Assembly: GCA_016906335.1 (NCBI GenBank)
Contig: JADEYG010000009.1
Span: 620,001 to 684,000 of the forward strand
Direction: 5' to 3'
Source: Novakomyces olei
Taxonomy: Eukaryota
Length of the DNA stretch: 64,000 nucleotides
Position 1 is the first letter of the stretch. The number at the start of each line of letters is the position of its first letter. The notes beneath the pieces are model-generated. The model was not told the origin of the DNA. It saw nothing but the letters and a program-made list of their open reading frames with translations, and searched no databases. A program made the position numbers and the translations under genes. This document shows positions 1 to 12,613 of this stretch, in pieces.

Positions 1-1734
<1,734 letters not shown>

Positions 1735-1918
1735 GATCCGGATACCAGAAAATCAAAGGTAAAAGAAGAAAACGAAGGTGTTTTCGTGTCTGGGTTTTGT
1801 GACCAGAAATTTTTTTATTTATATGCCTGATAAAAAATAGTTCAAAGTAAGATTTATCGGGACTCTTTTGTTTTGCCGTTCTTAAGCAGTTTTTATGGCT
1901 CGAGTCAAGACTATAGAA

Positions 1919-1963
1919 TATTATCAGAATAGTATCAGAATCGTATCAGAATCGTATCAGAAT
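1919..1963. repeat. 11-bp minisatellite (TATCAGAATCG/AG), about 4 copies
   Basis: Read directly from the sequence. Confidence 0.8.
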
Positions 1964-2997
1964 AGTGTTTGGAGTCAAGAATATTCCATGGCCAAGCAAT
2001 CTTGTGTGCCGCAATGTTTATCATATGATTTGCGCATATGTCATACTTTATTAGCTTATTGCGGTTCGCGATACTAAAGGGCACACAAGTCATGCACGCA
2101 GCGTTTCTTGTTACACATCACGACGATGCGTTTGCGAGTGTAAAGTAACGCTCGCTGGTCAAATCGACAGTTTGAGTATAGCGCTGTAATATTTCGGTAC
2201 AACGCCTCGCATGTAACGCACTACTGACACTACTGCCGGAAAAGTAGGCGCTAAATGTGATCGACACTTGACTGCCACAAGTAATCCTCTGAGCAGTAGC
2301 AGTGTGGCTCTGCTTACGTGCTCGTTGCTTGGAAGTAAAACAAAGGCGTTCGAGCCTTTTATCCGCCTCTCCTTACTTTAAGCTCATTTAGCTGGGTGGT
2401 GTTTTTGTATGGTACTCTAGCTTTAATACTAGAAATTAGCACTTTTAGGCGTAAATAATGACATTTATGGTAGTGACGTGAAAGCATCGTGTAGTATTGT
2501 CTATGTTTTGCTTGATAGGAATAGAAAGTTGTAAACATCTTTTATTAAATGACAGAGTCGGCTTCTACTCTGGAGTCGGCCAAGGTAAAGCTATACATAA
2601 TGAAAATGCCATTTACAAAATCCAGGCTTCCGTGCTTGTAGCTCGCGTCCAGCTGTATAGTGAGTGCCAAGTTGTTTTTTCCTTTGTATATAATACCAAA
2701 CATTTGTTTGTCTCATATTTTTTTACCGGCACTAGAGTTATAGTCGGGCAATGTTACTACAACACATAATGCCTATTTTTCTCGGCCTCTCACGCTGCAC
2801 ACAAGCAGACTTACCATCAGCGCAAAGTAACGATAAACCCGATTGAAGTCAGCCCTTATCCAAAAGGATCAAGCAAAAGTTGGAGAAGGCTGCGGCAAAT
2901 TTGATAGTAAAGCAAACACTAGATACGAGTTTAGATCTGACCCATTGCCACTGTGGCTACTGCTGACATCTTGGTTTAGGGCGCTAGCCATCAGACT

Positions 2998-5900
2998 ATG
3001 AGGCCTGAGTCACAGACCAGTACCGCGCTTCTCTAATACCAAATGCGCTCTAAAATAACAGTGGCATCACAGGAAAACGGTCAATCTGAAGATAAATGCG
3101 CCTACTGTAGCAGAGAAATTCGACCAGAAAATGATGAGCAGCAGTGGATTGATTGCGATATATGCCATCTCTGGTTCCATTATGACTGCGCTTCACTTGG
3201 AGCAGAAATCGAGACTTTAGAGGCATACCATTGCCGTCAATGTGCCGCGGAGCATGGACCGCGTAAGTCGCGATTCTTATTTGTTTGGCATTTGCTCATC
3301 ACATAGCTGAAATGAGGGCTCACCGATCACGTAGATCGCAGACGAGGATCAATTACGCACAGCTTAACGATGGCGAGTACCTCCCAAAGCAGGACACCTT
3401 TCATCTGCAGCGAATTCTACAAAAGCAATTTACCCCAGATACATTTAAACGGGTTCATGACCATGTTCCGACTCGCAGCTGGGCTATTGCGGAAGGCTGG
3501 AACGAGCCAATTATTGTTCCAAAAGATCTGAATCATGGACAGCTCGGCCTTTGCCTGCCACCGGATCTTACCGTTGACCGCGTGGCTGATATTGTTGGTA
3601 GAGACCGCGAAGTTATTGTCATGGGTAGGCTGCTTCTATCTTTTTACTCAATGAAGCGTGGGGCTTGTTTTAAAATTTTCTCGATTTTTAATTTTTAATT
3701 TTAATTGTTAAATCATCTGCATTTCTTTGCATTTGTTTTATTTTCTTGATTATTTCCCACTGACAGGCAGACGTTGCCACACAAGATGAGCTCGATGGCT
3801 GGGACATGAAGCGTTGGGCTGGGTACTACAACACTCCTGCTGCAGAGCGAATGAGGGTGCTCAACGTAATTTCGCTCGAGTTTACTGATACGCCCTTGAG
3901 CAAAATGGTGAAAAGGCCAAATTTTGTGACAGAGCTTGATCTGCTTTCACAGGTTTGGCCACGGGAGTTGTTTGAGCTGGACTTGTATCCAAAAGTACAA
4001 AACTATTGTCTTATGTCTGTGGCTGGCTCTTACACTGATTTCCATGTGGACTTTGGTGGCTCTTCTGTATTTTACCATATCATCCAAGGCCAAAAAGCCT
4101 TTTATTTTATCCCCCCAACTCCTCAGAATTTGCGCAAGTTTCAGGCTTGGAACAAGTCAAGTGATCAGAAATCCAGATTTCTTGGTGACGAAGTATCGAG
4201 CTGCATACACGTCGAGATTTCTGCGGGCGATACAATGTTCATTCCAGCCGGTTGGATTCATGCTGTATATACTCCGGCAGACAGTCTTGTTATCGGTGGC
4301 AATTTTCTCACTGGTCTTCATCTCGCAGAGCAATTGGAAATTCACGAAAGCGAAGCAGAACTCGGCATCCAGGACCGATTCAGATTTCCTTTCTTTGAAA
4401 GTATTATGTGGTACACTGCTCTATACAATTTGCCTCTACCGTACCTCATTAATCTGGACTGTCAGGACCGGTTTGAAATAGTGGTAAAATCGGCGACAGA
4501 TGGGAAGGCAAGGCGAGGGGATGAAGGGAGTTGTTCTCAGGCAGAGATACAAGACCCGCAAGAGACAAAGATTAATGGACAAGTCAACGCTCAAAAGCCT
4601 TCAACTCTGGCCAGGCCGACTGTACTCGACATGGATTTGAATCAAGACCAAGTACCTTTGAACAAATCTCTGGAACCCAAACCTGTAGATTCTACAGAAG
4701 CAGAATCAAAAAGTTTTCCCACCAACTTCATTGGCAACACGGATCAGGATGTAGGCATGCAAGATCTTGCGGGCAGAGATCAAAGCGAAGTTAAGGGCTC
4801 GTTATCAGATGGTAGTCTAGACGACGATGACGAGCCAGAACTAGGTCCATTGACTGACAATGTTGATCGGGACCAGGAGACGGATAGAAACGCCCCATTG
4901 AACCGCAATAAAGAAAATGACCCGGATCAAGAAAACCGTTTAGAGAATGCCGACGAGGTTCATGACACGGGTAAAGATATTACATTCAGTAATGTCCAAG
5001 AGTCTCAAATTCCTTTGCGACCTCAGACTGAAAATGTGGACCGAGAATCTTCCAAGAATCATCTGCAAATCATCAGCGAAGGCAAAGGACAAGAGCTAGA
5101 GAGTCATATACCCGATCAAAGAGAAGACAAGGGCAATGCCTTTTCGAAAGGAGACAAAGATCAAGGGATAAATGAAGGCGTTTCATCAAGCAATAATGAA
5201 AACAAGGAAGTAATTAACAAGAAAGAAATTGACGAGGAAGCAATTGACGAGGAAGCAATTGACGAGGAAGCAACTGACAAGGAAGAATTGGAAAAAGAAA
5301 AGCCAGGCATGGAAATTGCTTCAACCGAGGCATCAAAAAAAGAGCAAGGACCCGATATTTCTAAGAGCAATGCGTTTAAAGATCAGAATGGAGAAAAGGA
5401 AATTGCTTTAGGTCTAATAACAGAGAAGTCTCTTGAAAAGGACAAAGAACTTGTGGATCAGACCCCAGAAAAGCCTCTGATCCTAAGCAATACTGACCCG
5501 CTGCAAAAAGCTAAAGTATACGTTGGACAAACTAAAGCAGAATCGCCACAGGATGGAGCAGTTTCCCAGGTCAATATTGACAATGTACGTGGAGTCATTT
5601 CCGTAATAGAGTGCCCCAGTATAAAGACTAGAGATGGCGATACCAATGGCAGCACTTCAATAACCCTGAATCTTCCCCATCGCAATCTGGAAAATGACCC
5701 GCTCTGTGACTCAGAAATCAGGGGTTTGAACGCGCTGGCAAAGTACCTCTATCCCAGAGCCCTAATGGCTCTGGGCCGGCAGCCCTTTTCAGTGGACAAC
5801 AAAAAGCTGCATGCCCCTACTAAAGACGAGATTAATGGCTGCAGGTACGCTATACCTCCCGGATTCGAATCCCGAGCTCTGCAGCTTATAAGGAGGTTTG

Positions 5901-6430
5901 GCAGTTGGCTTAATTCGCTGAACAAAACCGCGAACGGACTTGCGAGTCTTTTAGACAAGGAAACGCCCTGGTTTATGCGTGTGGATACTGCAGACTCGGC
6001 AGCACCGGCATCGCCAGCAGCTCGTGACAGAAAGCGTCGAGCTAGTGGAGCAATTGAGCCAAAGGCAGCCAAAGCAGTGAGACGTGCCACTGCGTCTGTT
6101 CGTCGGGCTAGTGCTGGTCGTGAACGGAAAAGGGACAACGCTTTTACCGGTGGAAATGGTAGCCGAGAAACAGTATACCAGCACGCTAATGGAGGACCAC
6201 AAGTAAATGGCTCTCAAAGAAGATCTAGTCCGAGAACTAGGGAATCGGATGTTGTGGATGGGGTACAACGGACTTGGCAGGAGCACGTTATTACTGATCC
6301 ATTGAGTGATTTCGATCCGGTGAGGACTGAGCCTGCTGGAAGCGATTGGATTAGCGGCAAGTCAGTGGAGGAAAATGATCAAGCTGATGCCAGACGGCTC
6401 AACCATTTTGTCGGGTTCAAAGACGAATAG
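2998..6430 (+). CDS. JHD1: PHD + JmjC histone demethylase (Jhd1/KDM2 family). Exons 2998-3019 (tentative; alternative start ATG 3043), 3062-3262, 3307-3624, 3771-6430
   Basis: PHD finger CAYC..WIDCDICHLWFHYDC..YHCRQC; JmjC motifs NVISLEF, TDFHVDFGG (HxD) and WIHAVYT. Introns 3263-3306 and 3625-3770 join three ORF-track fragments in frame. Confidence 0.92.
5227..5286 (+). repeat. 15-bp coding tandem repeat (IDEEA), about 4 copies, in JHD1
   Basis: AATTGACGAGGAAGC repeated. Confidence 0.85.
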
Positions 6431-6856
6431 TGGGGACGCGTGCTACCAGCGAGAAATCGCGACAGCTAATTGTACTTGAATAATTTAGCTTATTCAAAAT
6501 TTATCAAATAAATGCATGAAAATTGACAGATGAATGAGTAAATAAATCAATAAACGATTAATCTCGAAATTGATTTTACAAAGGGTTAGATGATAATAAT
6601 TTAATTAATAAACGCAGAGTTAGACACGATATTTAAGCAAACGCGATCCCGGCCGTGCATGTATGAGGACTAATCAAAACATCAATACTGCACTAAATTA
6701 AAAACATAAAACACGCTAATTGATTATTTAATAAAAGAAGCACGTAGGCCCAGTGACGGCAGCAAGTATGCACAGTATATCGAAAAACATAAACATAAAC
6801 TAAAAGAACTTGATGAAAACCATAAAATGATCAAGACCAAAAGAAACTAAACCCCT

Positions 6857-8224
6857 CTAAATTTCGTCTTGTGCCTTGTGTTCACGCGACTCCGGATGGT
6901 TCAGTTCCGACTCGTTTGGCTGCTCCTTTTCGCGAGACTCCGGTGGTAAATACAAAATAAAATTAAACAAAAGAACAGTTCCGGCAATAAACAAAGCCCA
7001 GCAGGCAGCGTGCAGCACAAAGTACTGCAGGGAAAAAACGGAATCGAGACGCCAGGACACGGCGGCTCCAGCAGCCTGCACTGCTCGACATAACCCTAAT
7101 GGAAAAAAAACAGAGCTCTTGTGGTACTGTCTGAATAGCAGCCAGTAGAGCAGAATTTGCAGTGAAGCAGTAATAAAGCCATGAGCCAATTGCAGCCAGG
7201 CGAGCCGTACGAGAACTGCACGGCTTTTCCCGATAGTAGTCATGCCATAAGTGTCCATACAGCCACGGCACTGATTTTGGACAGCGATGTAGGAGAGCCC
7301 CCATATAATCATGCCTAGAGTAAATATCGTAGCTGTCGCCAGGGCAACACGAAGCCGGGACACTGGCTTTCGCCAGCCCAGCAGCCCATACAGAAACCCG
7401 GCGGCTGCTAATTGCCCGATCCATTGGCAGATGTTGATAACGACTGCCCCACGGCCTTGAGCGAAATAATTATTAAGAAAATTGAACTGGAACGGGTACA
7501 CGAAATTGGAGGCAAAAAAAGCCGGCAAAAGGTAGAGAGCAGGCACGATGCCATTGACAGTTTGCCTCAAACCAGTACCAGCGTTGCGAAAGGAAAAACG
7601 GGGTAATACGGACTTGAAACTGGACGACAATTGAGGAGAGTGAGACGCTTCTTGTGTGCCATTTTTATGCTGCAAAGCTCCGTCCAGAGTCTGACTAAAA
7701 GAAATGACGGTGCCCACAAACATGAGCCCCGTAAAGGCTGCCATGACCTGGGAAGAATTGTCGAGAGGCGTATCCGGCACCATGTACAAAGGCAGGCATA
7801 ATTGAATCAGACTGCCGAGCAGTGACCCGGCACTGAGAAGCGCCCAGAACAGCATCAATTGGTCCGAGGCGAGGGCCAGAGCAATTATCCAAAATGCTGC
7901 TCCAAAGACACCGAGGATTGCACTGCTAAAGTACATGAACCAGGTGTGGCCAGAGCGTGCGTGGTACAGGAAGCTTGCCATTAATAAGGGGTAAGCAACG
8001 GTGCTTGCACATAGTATGGCAGGGTGCCCTAAAGCCGGCGCCAGCAAGGCAAAGATCAGGGAGAAAAGGGCGAGTACACTGTACAGCACGACCTGCGAAG
8101 TATCAAAGGCATGAGCGTTTTGTGTCAGTGCGATCCCAGTGCCAATGTACGCATTGTAAAGACCCACAGTACAAGCGGCCACTACTCCAATTAGCGCAGG
8201 CGTAATCAGCCGTTTGCTGTCCAT
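6857..8224 (-). CDS. MFS-fold membrane protein, UNC-93-like family
   Basis: Intronless, about 455 aa from ATG 8224, roughly 11-12 hydrophobic helices. The N-terminal GVVAACTVGLYNA and the motifs FFASNFVYPFQFN and QAAGAAVSW resemble fungal UNC-93-like proteins. Confidence 0.75.
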   Translation of the reverse strand: MDSKRLITPALIGVVAACTVGLYNAYIGTGIALTQNAHAFDTSQVVLYSVLALFSLIFALLAPALGHPAILCASTVAYPLLMASFLYHARSGHTWFMYFSSAILGVFGAAFWIIALALASDQLMLFWALLSAGSLLGSLIQLCLPLYMVPDTPLDNSSQVMAAFTGLMFVGTVISFSQTLDGALQHKNGTQEASHSPQLSSSFKSVLPRFSFRNAGTGLRQTVNGIVPALYLLPAFFASNFVYPFQFNFLNNYFAQGRGAVVINICQWIGQLAAAGFLYGLLGWRKPVSRLRVALATATIFTLGMIIWGLSYIAVQNQCRGCMDTYGMTTIGKSRAVLVRLAWLQLAHGFITASLQILLYWLLFRQYHKSSVFFPLGLCRAVQAAGAAVSWRLDSVFSLQYFVLHAACWALFIAGTVLLFNFILYLPPESREKEQPNESELNHPESREHKAQDEI

Positions 8225-8978
8225 GGCAGAGGACAATTGACCGAATACCGTTCGGCTCTTTGAATTTTCTTTTTTATTATTTTTTTTCCAAAGATTTAAC
8301 GGTAATAAACGTATAGCTTTGAGTGACTTGTGGCCAATCTGCTACGAATCTCCTGGGACGCAGGGCTTCTTACTACGTGTGAAAGCTGGGCACAAAAGGT
8401 CCAGGCCTGCACGTTCCGAATACAGATTTTTCAACGCCCGATAAGAGCGAATACGGTAGGTACATGGTTGTTTATACAAATATAGAAGTGTACACGGAAC
8501 AATGTGTATGTGGAACATTGTATATGGATAACAAGTATCACTATACAAATGTCCCAGTTCTCTGCAATGTATATTGTTCCATTGTTTAACATAAACTGAC
8601 TAGAAAATAATCGCTGGATAGTGTAACGCGACCACACCAGCTTTACATGCAAAGCGAGCATGACGATTGTATTATTATTCGTCGACTGACTGCCTCGGAT
8701 TCTTGGCTAGCATCGTCTTGGCTATTGCTCTATTTTGAGACGGGCTTGTGTATATTATTTAGATAAGTTTAGCACTTCAGCCCAGTTAGGTTAGGCTGTA
8801 TTCCGTAAAGTAATCTTGGCTGCCAAAGTAAAGTATTCGCGCCAACTCGAATAATCGACAAGCAATTCAGACCGTAAGACTGCTTGTCGAGAACAGCTGT
8901 ACTGCATAGTACGTTACTTGAAACTGAAACTCAGACTATATCCTCAATTTTGATGGCGTAAGCCGACCCACGTTGAGT

Positions 8979-10011
8979 ATGGCGGCCGCGACGTTTAACG
9001 AGCGAAGAGGCCATAGCGGCCTCAAATTCGACAATGTACGGCGAAACCAGCACTTACAGGCTCATGGCCACGCGGCACCAAAAGCTACCTCGACAGGTAC
9101 TACAATTGTTGGTGTAGTGTTCAAGGGAGTACGTGATTTACCTGAAGATCTGCTCATGGTTTAGGGCGTCGTTCTAGGAGCGGATAAACGGGCCTCAGCT
9201 GGCGAAATTATTGCAGACAAGGCTTGCGAAAAACTTCACTAGTATGCTTCAGCTGACTTTGTTTCTTTTGCCGTTTGGTCTATAGGCAGACAGGCTCTAT
9301 AATGATTTTGAATTGATGATGGTTTAATCTAATGCCGTGTTTTGGCTTTTGCCTTTGTGACTCGCGCTGGTTTTAAAATTGGCTTATCGTCATTGTGCTA
9401 ACGTCAGTATTACACCTAATATTTGGTGTGCCGGAGCGGGAACTGCCGCGGATACAGAGATGGTAACGGCTCTGATCTCCTCACAGATTGAACTGCATTC
9501 ATTGTCTGTTAATCGGAAACCACGAGTCATTACAGCATTATCAATGCTGAAGCAGCATCTTTTCCGTCACCAGGGACACCTTGGTGCTTACTTGGTTCTT
9601 GGCGGAGTGGATCCTACTGGAGCACACTTGTTCAGTATTCAAGCCCACGGCTCTTCCGACAAGCTTCCGTATACCACGTTGGGCAGTGGCTCTCTGGCTG
9701 CTCTAGCCGTTCTTGAGACCAAGTGGCGCAAGGATTTGGAGCAGCAAGAGGCTATTGATTTAGTCAGCGAGGCTGTGCAAGCAGGAATCTTCAACGATCT
9801 TGGATCTGGATCGAATGTGGACATTTGTGTGATCACTCCAGAAAAAGCAAACTATATACCACGCTACGCGGTAGTGAATCCTCCGGGAGAAAAGGTCAAC
9901 AATTACAAGTTTGAGCGTGGCACTACTGCCGTCTTACGTGAGGACATTCGCAAGTACGTTACTGTGGAGGATATCACTGCACGCACAGAGACGATGGAGG
10001 TGGACGCATAG
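8979..10011 (+). CDS. PUP1: 20S proteasome beta2 subunit. Exons 8979-9128, 9165-9241, 9408-10011; an alternative 5-nt first exon at 8953-8957 is possible
   Basis: Autocleavage site [41 protein letters not shown]. Introns 9129-9164 and 9242-9407 restore the frame. Confidence 0.96.
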
Positions 10012-10116
10012 TACAGACAGTAATGCATTGACTGTCAAAATCTGATTTTGGCCAACATTTAACAAACATTTAGGTGCCGTAGTGCACATTAGATTTGTAG
10101 TTTAATCACGTTACAC

Positions 10117-10206
10117 CAACTGGAATCATTTCAACTGGAATCATTTCAACTGGAATCATTTCAACTGGAATCATTTCAACTGAAATCATTTAACTGGAAT
10201 CATTTC
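10117..10206. repeat. 15-bp minisatellite (CAACTGGAATCATTT), about 6 copies, overlapping the POP5 stop
   Basis: Read directly from the sequence. Confidence 0.9.
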
Positions 10207-10637
10207 GTGCTCTGTCTACCATTTCCGTATCACGTTCAATAATAGATTCTTCCACCTTTTTTATAGTCCCACTAACGCGCTCAACACGCACAATACAACC
10301 GGCACCATCGACGGTTCGCAATAGTGTTAGTGCGGCCCATAGCAAACGAAAATGATCTCTTGAAATGCGGACGATACCCACCAAAGTGGCAGGCGAAAAA
10401 TATTTGACTGGAATTAGTGAAACGATCCTGTAGCGCTTATCTACCATTCAAAGACTGCAGTAAAAGACCCGCGCCATAGTCACCAAACTCTGTCTGCACT
10501 TGTTGGCGAAACAGTCTGTTCAGCGATTGTACACTTATATTGCGACGTGTTCGCTGTGCTCCGTTTGCTGTCGCTGCATTTTCGTCCTCGGGAAATACTA
10601 ATCGAAATTGGAGGTAGCGCGATTTGAATCGTACCAT
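10190..10637 (-). CDS. POP5: RNase P/MRP subunit Pop5. Exons 10637-10445, 10407-10190
   Basis: MVRFKSRY start, FGDYGAG, VKYFSPAT..GIVR, VSGTIKK. A 37-nt intron GTAGAT..CTAAT..CAG (10444-10408) joins two ORFs. Confidence 0.93.
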
Positions 10638-10748
10638 TCCGTCAAATTGCCAGTGCCTTCATTGTCGGTGGCAGACTGAATTCATTCTGTGCCCAATGGC
10701 AGACGGGTCTCGCCAGTCGTATAAAATTTACACTACAAATTCAAGCCT

Positions 10749-10792
10749 TGCTAAATATTTGCTTAATATTTGCTAAATATTAGCTTAATATA
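10749..10792. repeat. 11-bp degenerate repeat (TTGCTAAATAT), 4 copies, in the POP5/Mtf2-like divergent promoter
   Basis: Read directly from the sequence. Confidence 0.7.
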
Positions 10793-11001
10793 TGTAATTA
10801 TTTCTTTACTAGTTTTACATAATATTGATCACCATTTATTGTTCTGCGAGCACGGCGATGGTATAATAATTACAGTATATACAAAAGGAATTAAATGGCC
10901 TTATAGATATTATCGTAATTCGATTCAATCACATCGACTCCGAATCGTGATCCGTTGCGGCCGAGAGGATTGCGCAAATATACAATATTCTGTCTGTGGC
11001 G

Positions 11002-11931
11002 ATGAGTATACGAGTTGGCAAAACGGGTTGGAAGCAGTATTGCCTGGCGTGTGGAGCAGTTAAGCGATATACAACGGCAAGTGCCTTTGTCAGGTCAGTG
11101 CAAAATGCAGCAATTGCGAAACGCAAGGGACCAACAGTACGAATGGCTCATACTCAGTCTTTGGAAAGGAACACTACCGCCGATGCGCAGTGGGAGCGTA
11201 AAGGTCAGCGATCTTGGGACTCGAAGCAAAGTCCGCTTACATGGAGAGAGAATCAAGCGATATCAGGTTTGGTAGAGCAATTGGCAAAGGAGGACGATGC
11301 CTCCAAATTTACACGGAGGTCAAGCCAGGGAGTCCAACGGAAAAAAAAGGGTGATGTGGAAGAGGATTTTCGAAAGTTTTCGGCCGCCCTCGACATCTCG
11401 CGAGACCTTAATGCTGCACAGCAAATAATTATGAAAAGGCTTATTTCGCCTATTAGCGAATACCAACGCTCCAAAGATCGAGGAGACGTGAATGCACCAG
11501 TTGCGGCCAAGACAGATGATACTTTTCGCCTTTCGCCTCTGTATGCTATGATGGCAAGCGAGGCAATGCGGTCTTTACGGCTCCGGTTCTTTTGCCCTGC
11601 CGCGGCCATTGAGCTCTTTTCTGTAATAAAGTCTGTTGGATTGTCGACTTATGCTACTGTGTGCACTTGCGATGTCTACAATGAGGCAATCCGCTGCCAG
11701 TGGGCGGCTACTCACTCACCTGCACGCGTTAATGCTATTGTACAGGAGATGAAAAGCACAGGTGTTTATTTGAACGGTCAGTTTTATGATATTGTGAAAA
11801 ATTTGGTACAGAAATTGGAGCGGGATGAACCACGCGCGTATTGGAGATTTGCTGCTGCTGAAGAGGCGGGGTATGCAGGCCTCTGTGAGTTCACGCGGCC
11901 ACAGAAACTTGACTTTTTGTTTGAAGAGTAG
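11002..11931 (+). CDS. Mitochondrial Mtf2-like protein
   Basis: Basic N-terminal presequence. The C-terminal ELFSVIKSVGLSTY..CTCDVYNEAI..W..EMKSTGV resembles the Mtf2 family C-terminal domain. Confidence 0.7.
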   Translation: MSIRVGKTGWKQYCLACGAVKRYTTASAFVRSVQNAAIAKRKGPTVRMAHTQSLERNTTADAQWERKGQRSWDSKQSPLTWRENQAISGLVEQLAKEDDASKFTRRSSQGVQRKKKGDVEEDFRKFSAALDISRDLNAAQQIIMKRLISPISEYQRSKDRGDVNAPVAAKTDDTFRLSPLYAMMASEAMRSLRLRFFCPAAAIELFSVIKSVGLSTYATVCTCDVYNEAIRCQWAATHSPARVNAIVQEMKSTGVYLNGQFYDIVKNLVQKLERDEPRAYWRFAAAEEAGYAGLCEFTRPQKLDFLFEE

Positions 11932-12613
11932 ACGGAAAAATACTTGAATCGGTAGCTGCAGTGTATCATCTGTGAAATCAAATTACTGTTCATCCTGTAC
12001 ACCACCGATTAAGCTTAAACAAAGGACGGATATAATAAGCTTCAAATAATGCATATTAAAAGTAATAATTCTGTATGAATCCAAGTCTAAGCAGTATCGA
12101 TACAAGGTTTGAAAATTGGGAATATGTCTCTTCCTTGTACTGCCGGGCACGCCTTTAACTTTAGTATCTTTATTGGTTTGGCATTCGTGGTTAAAACTTG
12201 AATATAATTACAATTATAATGAATAATAAATATTCAATTATAAATATTTAATTATAACATTTAATTATAAATAAAACATCAAAATTACAATAAAAAATCA
12301 TTACATACTAAATTCAACGTACATGATACGAATATAAAGTAAATTTTATTTCCTCCATATATGCCATACTTTACTTACGAATTTACTGTCTAGGGTTTTC
12401 TGACGAAGCCGGGAGGCTAACGTGCGGACCCACGCAGACTCAAAGACTCTACATATATATACAAAGCATACTGCATCCACGTTTCGACTTGGTGATATTC
12501 TCCCACTTTTCGCCAAGTGTAAGAGACGGTGCTTTGTGCGTTTTGTGGTTTGTCGGTGTGCGTGTGTGTGTCTGTTTGAGCTCGCAGAAAACTGATCTGC
12601 ACACAGAGGCATA

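Noticed and set aside
2290-2368. Possible tRNA (D-arm-like GCAG/CTGC and GTTCGA)
   Set aside because: No acceptor stem, no anticodon arm, and the T-arm register is wrong
2117-2370. Minus-strand stop-free frame of about 85 codons with nearby GTAAG sites
   Set aside because: No start or splice model gave a recognisable protein
9313-9320. C-box-like TGATGA in PUP1 intron 3 (C/D snoRNA?)
   Set aside because: No downstream CTGA D box within the intron
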